A stretch of DNA of 64,000 nucleotides from Lophium mytilinum (taxonomy: Eukaryota), in contig MU004202.1 of the NCBI GenBank assembly GCA_010093605.1, positions 383,560 through 447,559 of the forward strand, written 5' to 3'. The notes under the pieces are model-generated. The model was not told the origin of the DNA. It was given only the letters and a program-made list of their open reading frames with translations, and did no database searches. The translations under genes and the position numbers were made by a program. Positions 61,109 through 64,000 of this stretch are shown here, piece after piece. Numbering within the stretch: position 1 is the stretch's first letter; every line of letters begins with the position of its first letter.

Positions 61109-62647
61109 ATGTCTGACGTCGAGCCGGCTGTAGCTAACCGTGGCGAAGACGGCGAACTCAGGCTATCACCATCAGCTACGGATACAGCTTCAGACTCGAG
61201 TACAGCGGTAGAGTTTTCCTTGATCTTGCACCCGCATGCACGTCCATTGGGCTTCCTTGCCCGATTCCGATATTCTCTTTATGCTGCTGGAATCGCGCTT
61301 CTTTTCACTCCTCTCACCTACCTATGGACTGGACAGGCACCCATCGATCCTTCGAACTACGTTGAGCGCACGCGACGAGTCCTGAAAACCACTCCTCTGA
61401 TTGATGGCCACAATGATCTCCCATGGCAGCTTCGCATTGAGCTGCAGAATCGAATCTACGATGACCGCGTGGACCTCACTAAACGCCTGCTAGGCCACAC
61501 CGATCTTGTACGGATGCGTGAAGGCATGGTAGGCGGGCAATTTTGGAGCGTCTACGTTGACTGCGACGCAAACCAACAGCATTTCGAAGATCCGTCGGTG
61601 CGTTTATTCGACTCCCCACAGTTGCCGTGGCATGATTTACTGACGCCTAAGCAGTGGGTCATTCGCGATACCCTCGAGCAAATTGATGTAACCAAGCGCT
61701 TCATCGCAGAGCACCCCAATCATCTACAGTACTGCGACTCTTCCGCCTGCGCCCGTACTGCCTTTCAAGCCGGCCGCATCTCCAGCATGATTGGCATCGA
61801 AGGTGGCCACCAGGTCGGGAGCAGCATTGCTAGCATCCGCCAGATGTACGAACTCGGTGCCCGTTATATCACCCTGACTCACAACTGCGACAACGCCTTC
61901 GGAACTTCAGCGAGCACAGTCGCCGGTGGAGGGCCGGACGAGGGTCTCTTTAAATTCGGCTACGAGGCAATCAAAGACATGAATCGATTGGGAATGATGA
62001 TTGACCTGTCGCATGTTTCACATCAAACGATGCGAGATGTCATCTCCGTCGCACGCGCGCCGGTGATCTTCTCGCATTCTGGCGCGTACGGCGTGCAGAA
62101 GCATCTCCGCCACGTCCCCGACGACGTGCTGCGGTCGGTGAAGAAGAATGGCGGTATCGTCATGGCAGTGTTTGTCAGCCGCTTCCTCAACATGAAGCAC
62201 CCAGAAGAGGCCACGATTCACGATGTCGTCGACCACATCCTGTACATTGCAGACGTGTGCGGCTGGGAGTGCGTGGGCATCGGCAGTGATTTCAGCGGGA
62301 CACCAAATGTGCCCATTGGACTTGAAGATGTTTCGAAGTTTCCAGATCTGATACAGCTGTTGATGGAACGTGGTGCCACAGATGATCAGGTCAGGCTCCT
62401 TGTAGGCGAAAACATTCTGCGGGTCTGGGGGAACATCGAGCAGCGGGCACATGAGATCCAAGCTGGGGGTGAACTTCCGGTAGAGGCGGAGTGGGAAGGA
62501 AGGCAGTGGCACAAGGGAATTCGCGGCTCGCCATGGATGCTCAGAGGAAGCCGAGAGAAGGCTGCGGAGAATGGCGCGGCGGAGAAAGCTTTCCAATGGC
62601 ACGTCGATCAGGATGGGAAGCACAATGCTCCGGTGAAGAACATTTAG
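61109..62647 (+). CDS. Membrane dipeptidase (peptidase M19, renal dipeptidase/GliJ-like)
   Basis: N-terminal TM segment, [49 protein letters not shown]. In-frame 57-nt intron 61598-61654. Confidence 0.93.
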   Translation: MSDVEPAVANRGEDGELRLSPSATDTASDSSTAVEFSLILHPHARPLGFLARFRYSLYAAGIALLFTPLTYLWTGQAPIDPSNYVERTRRVLKTTPLIDGHNDLPWQLRIELQNRIYDDRVDLTKRLLGHTDLVRMREGMVGGQFWSVYVDCDANQQHFEDPSVRLFDSPQLPWHDLLTPKQWVIRDTLEQIDVTKRFIAEHPNHLQYCDSSACARTAFQAGRISSMIGIEGGHQVGSSIASIRQMYELGARYITLTHNCDNAFGTSASTVAGGGPDEGLFKFGYEAIKDMNRLGMMIDLSHVSHQTMRDVISVARAPVIFSHSGAYGVQKHLRHVPDDVLRSVKKNGGIVMAVFVSRFLNMKHPEEATIHDVVDHILYIADVCGWECVGIGSDFSGTPNVPIGLEDVSKFPDLIQLLMERGATDDQVRLLVGENILRVWGNIEQRAHEIQAGGELPVEAEWEGRQWHKGIRGSPWMLRGSREKAAENGAAEKAFQWHVDQDGKHNAPVKNI

Positions 62648-63248
62648 GTCTAGGACAAGGTGGCTGATCAGTATGAGAACTATATGCACTATATGAAGAT
62701 AGAGGCATACAAGGATCGACGTATTGTACGCGCTGTCACGTGTCCACATACTTGGTTGCGTTCTTTCCCACCCCACCATAAAGCCCTAGCAGAAAGATTC
62801 AAGGAAGCCGATTATGTGGAGCACCTAACGATAGGGTGGTCAAGGGTCGCTGCTAGACCACCATTCCCCTCGGAGAGAAGTCCTATCCGGGCTTAAGACG
62901 GGAGGAACATCATTTAAGTGAAGATTGCGAATGTGGCACTTGTACCAAGTGTTCAGCAGAACCGAGCTCTGACCCACAGTTCCCAGGGACTAGGAGACAA
63001 CCCCTGTGCGCTATAAGACTCCACCTCTACAAGACCAAGCCTGGAAGAATACAGAAGCAAGGCATCTTCAGCGGTGGGTTTCTAGTTTTTATCACGCCAT
63101 GGCCCGCAGTTGAAGACTGCTTTCTGACACCGTTAGCTTGCTTCATGCTACATTTAAAGCTCGTAGGCGCGTGAACAGAGTAGCCAGAGCTCCAAAGCTC
63201 ACTCAATCTCCTACGAAGCTACCTTCTGCAGACTAATGCGCAGAAGAA

Positions 63249-64000
63249 ATGGCAATACTAAATTACCTAAGCCCGCTGGAGGTATTGAAATGGCTTTTCA
63301 TCGCTCCAGTACTAGCATTCGCCGTTTATATCCTCCAAAACGAAGTCGATCGCTATCGAAAGCGTATCAAGAACCTCCCAGGTCCTATTGGCTATCCAGT
63401 CGTTGGCAATCTTTTCCAGGTAATTTATTGCCTTTACTCTTACCAATTTTCGTGAACTGAATGCTTCTGTTTAGGTTCGCAACAAGGTCACTGCTCAGCA
63501 GTATCAGACGTGGTCGAAGACATATGGCGACGTCTTTCAAGTTCAACTCGGCAACACCACAGCCGTAGTCATTAACAGCTCTAAAGCCGCGAAAGCCTTA
63601 TTCTTAGGCCAGAGCCACGCCCTCAACTCGCGGCCGACCTTCTACGTCTTCCATGGGAAGCTGTCCAAGGCCGGAAAGTCTGTTACGAGCATTGGCACCA
63701 GCCCTTGGGATGACAGTTGCAAGCAGAGGAGAAAGGCTGCTGCGGGAGCTTTGATCAAGTCCAAGGTTGAAAGTTACGCTCAAATTTTGAATTTGGAATC
63801 TCGCGAATTTCTGAAAGACCTTCTCGCGGATTGTCAGAATGGCGAGGTCGATCTGGATTTCCGTCCTGCTGTGAGGCACTTCTCGCTCAATCTGAGTTTG
63901 ACGCTTAATTACGGGACCAGGTAAGCATCACGTGGGGTCTTTCGAGAAGATTGAGAGCACTCTAACTGATTCTAGGGTTGCGAGCGTAAAGTCTCTGAAT
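63249..64000 (+). CDS. Cytochrome P450, CYP504-like (phenylacetate hydroxylase-type); 5' part only
   Basis: TM anchor, LPGPIGYPVVGNLFQ, WSKTYGDVFQVQLG, and SRPTFYVFH...IGTSPWDDSCKQRRKAAA resembling CYP504/PhacA. Truncated by the window end. Confidence 0.82.

Noticed and set aside
61109..62647. GliJ-like dipeptidase as evidence for an epipolythiodioxopiperazine (gliotoxin-type) cluster
   Set aside because: No NRPS, glutathione S-transferase, thioredoxin reductase or C-S lyase in the window, and M19 dipeptidases are widespread outside such clusters.

Overview
Eukaryotic DNA from a filamentous ascomycete fungus, judged from short GT-AG introns with CTRAC branch sites, Pezizomycotina-type gene families and RIP-like damage. 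About 20 intact protein-coding genes. A conserved core block (SNT1-like SANT protein, deoxyhypusine synthase, MATH/pseudo-UCH/MORN/RING protein; 23-38 kb) sits between accessory regions. The left side has a small highly codon-biased peptide gene, an FMO, a head-to-head SesB-like hydrolase and patatin pair, two F-box paralogs around a sugar transporter, and a secreted intradiol dioxygenase-like gene. The right side has a PAF-AH-like lipase, a small CAAX protein, an AIM9/APH-like gene, RIP-destroyed pseudogenes, a HET-domain gene, TMEM184, RTA1, a hydrolase, an MFS transporter, an M19 dipeptidase and a CYP504-like P450 cut by the window end. The most striking observation is the SesB-like lipase, which ends in a candidate amyloid-signalling motif resembling HET-s repeat 2. 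It is paired with a patatin carrying a helical N-terminal domain, and the pair is bracketed by two inverted copies of a 227-bp TA-flanked MITE, one nested in an older copy. Two arrays of short palindromes with 6-nt spacers (21.9-22.5 kb and 46.3-46.5 kb) are also unexplained. Gene models and family calls were made by eye from motifs; no database searches were run.
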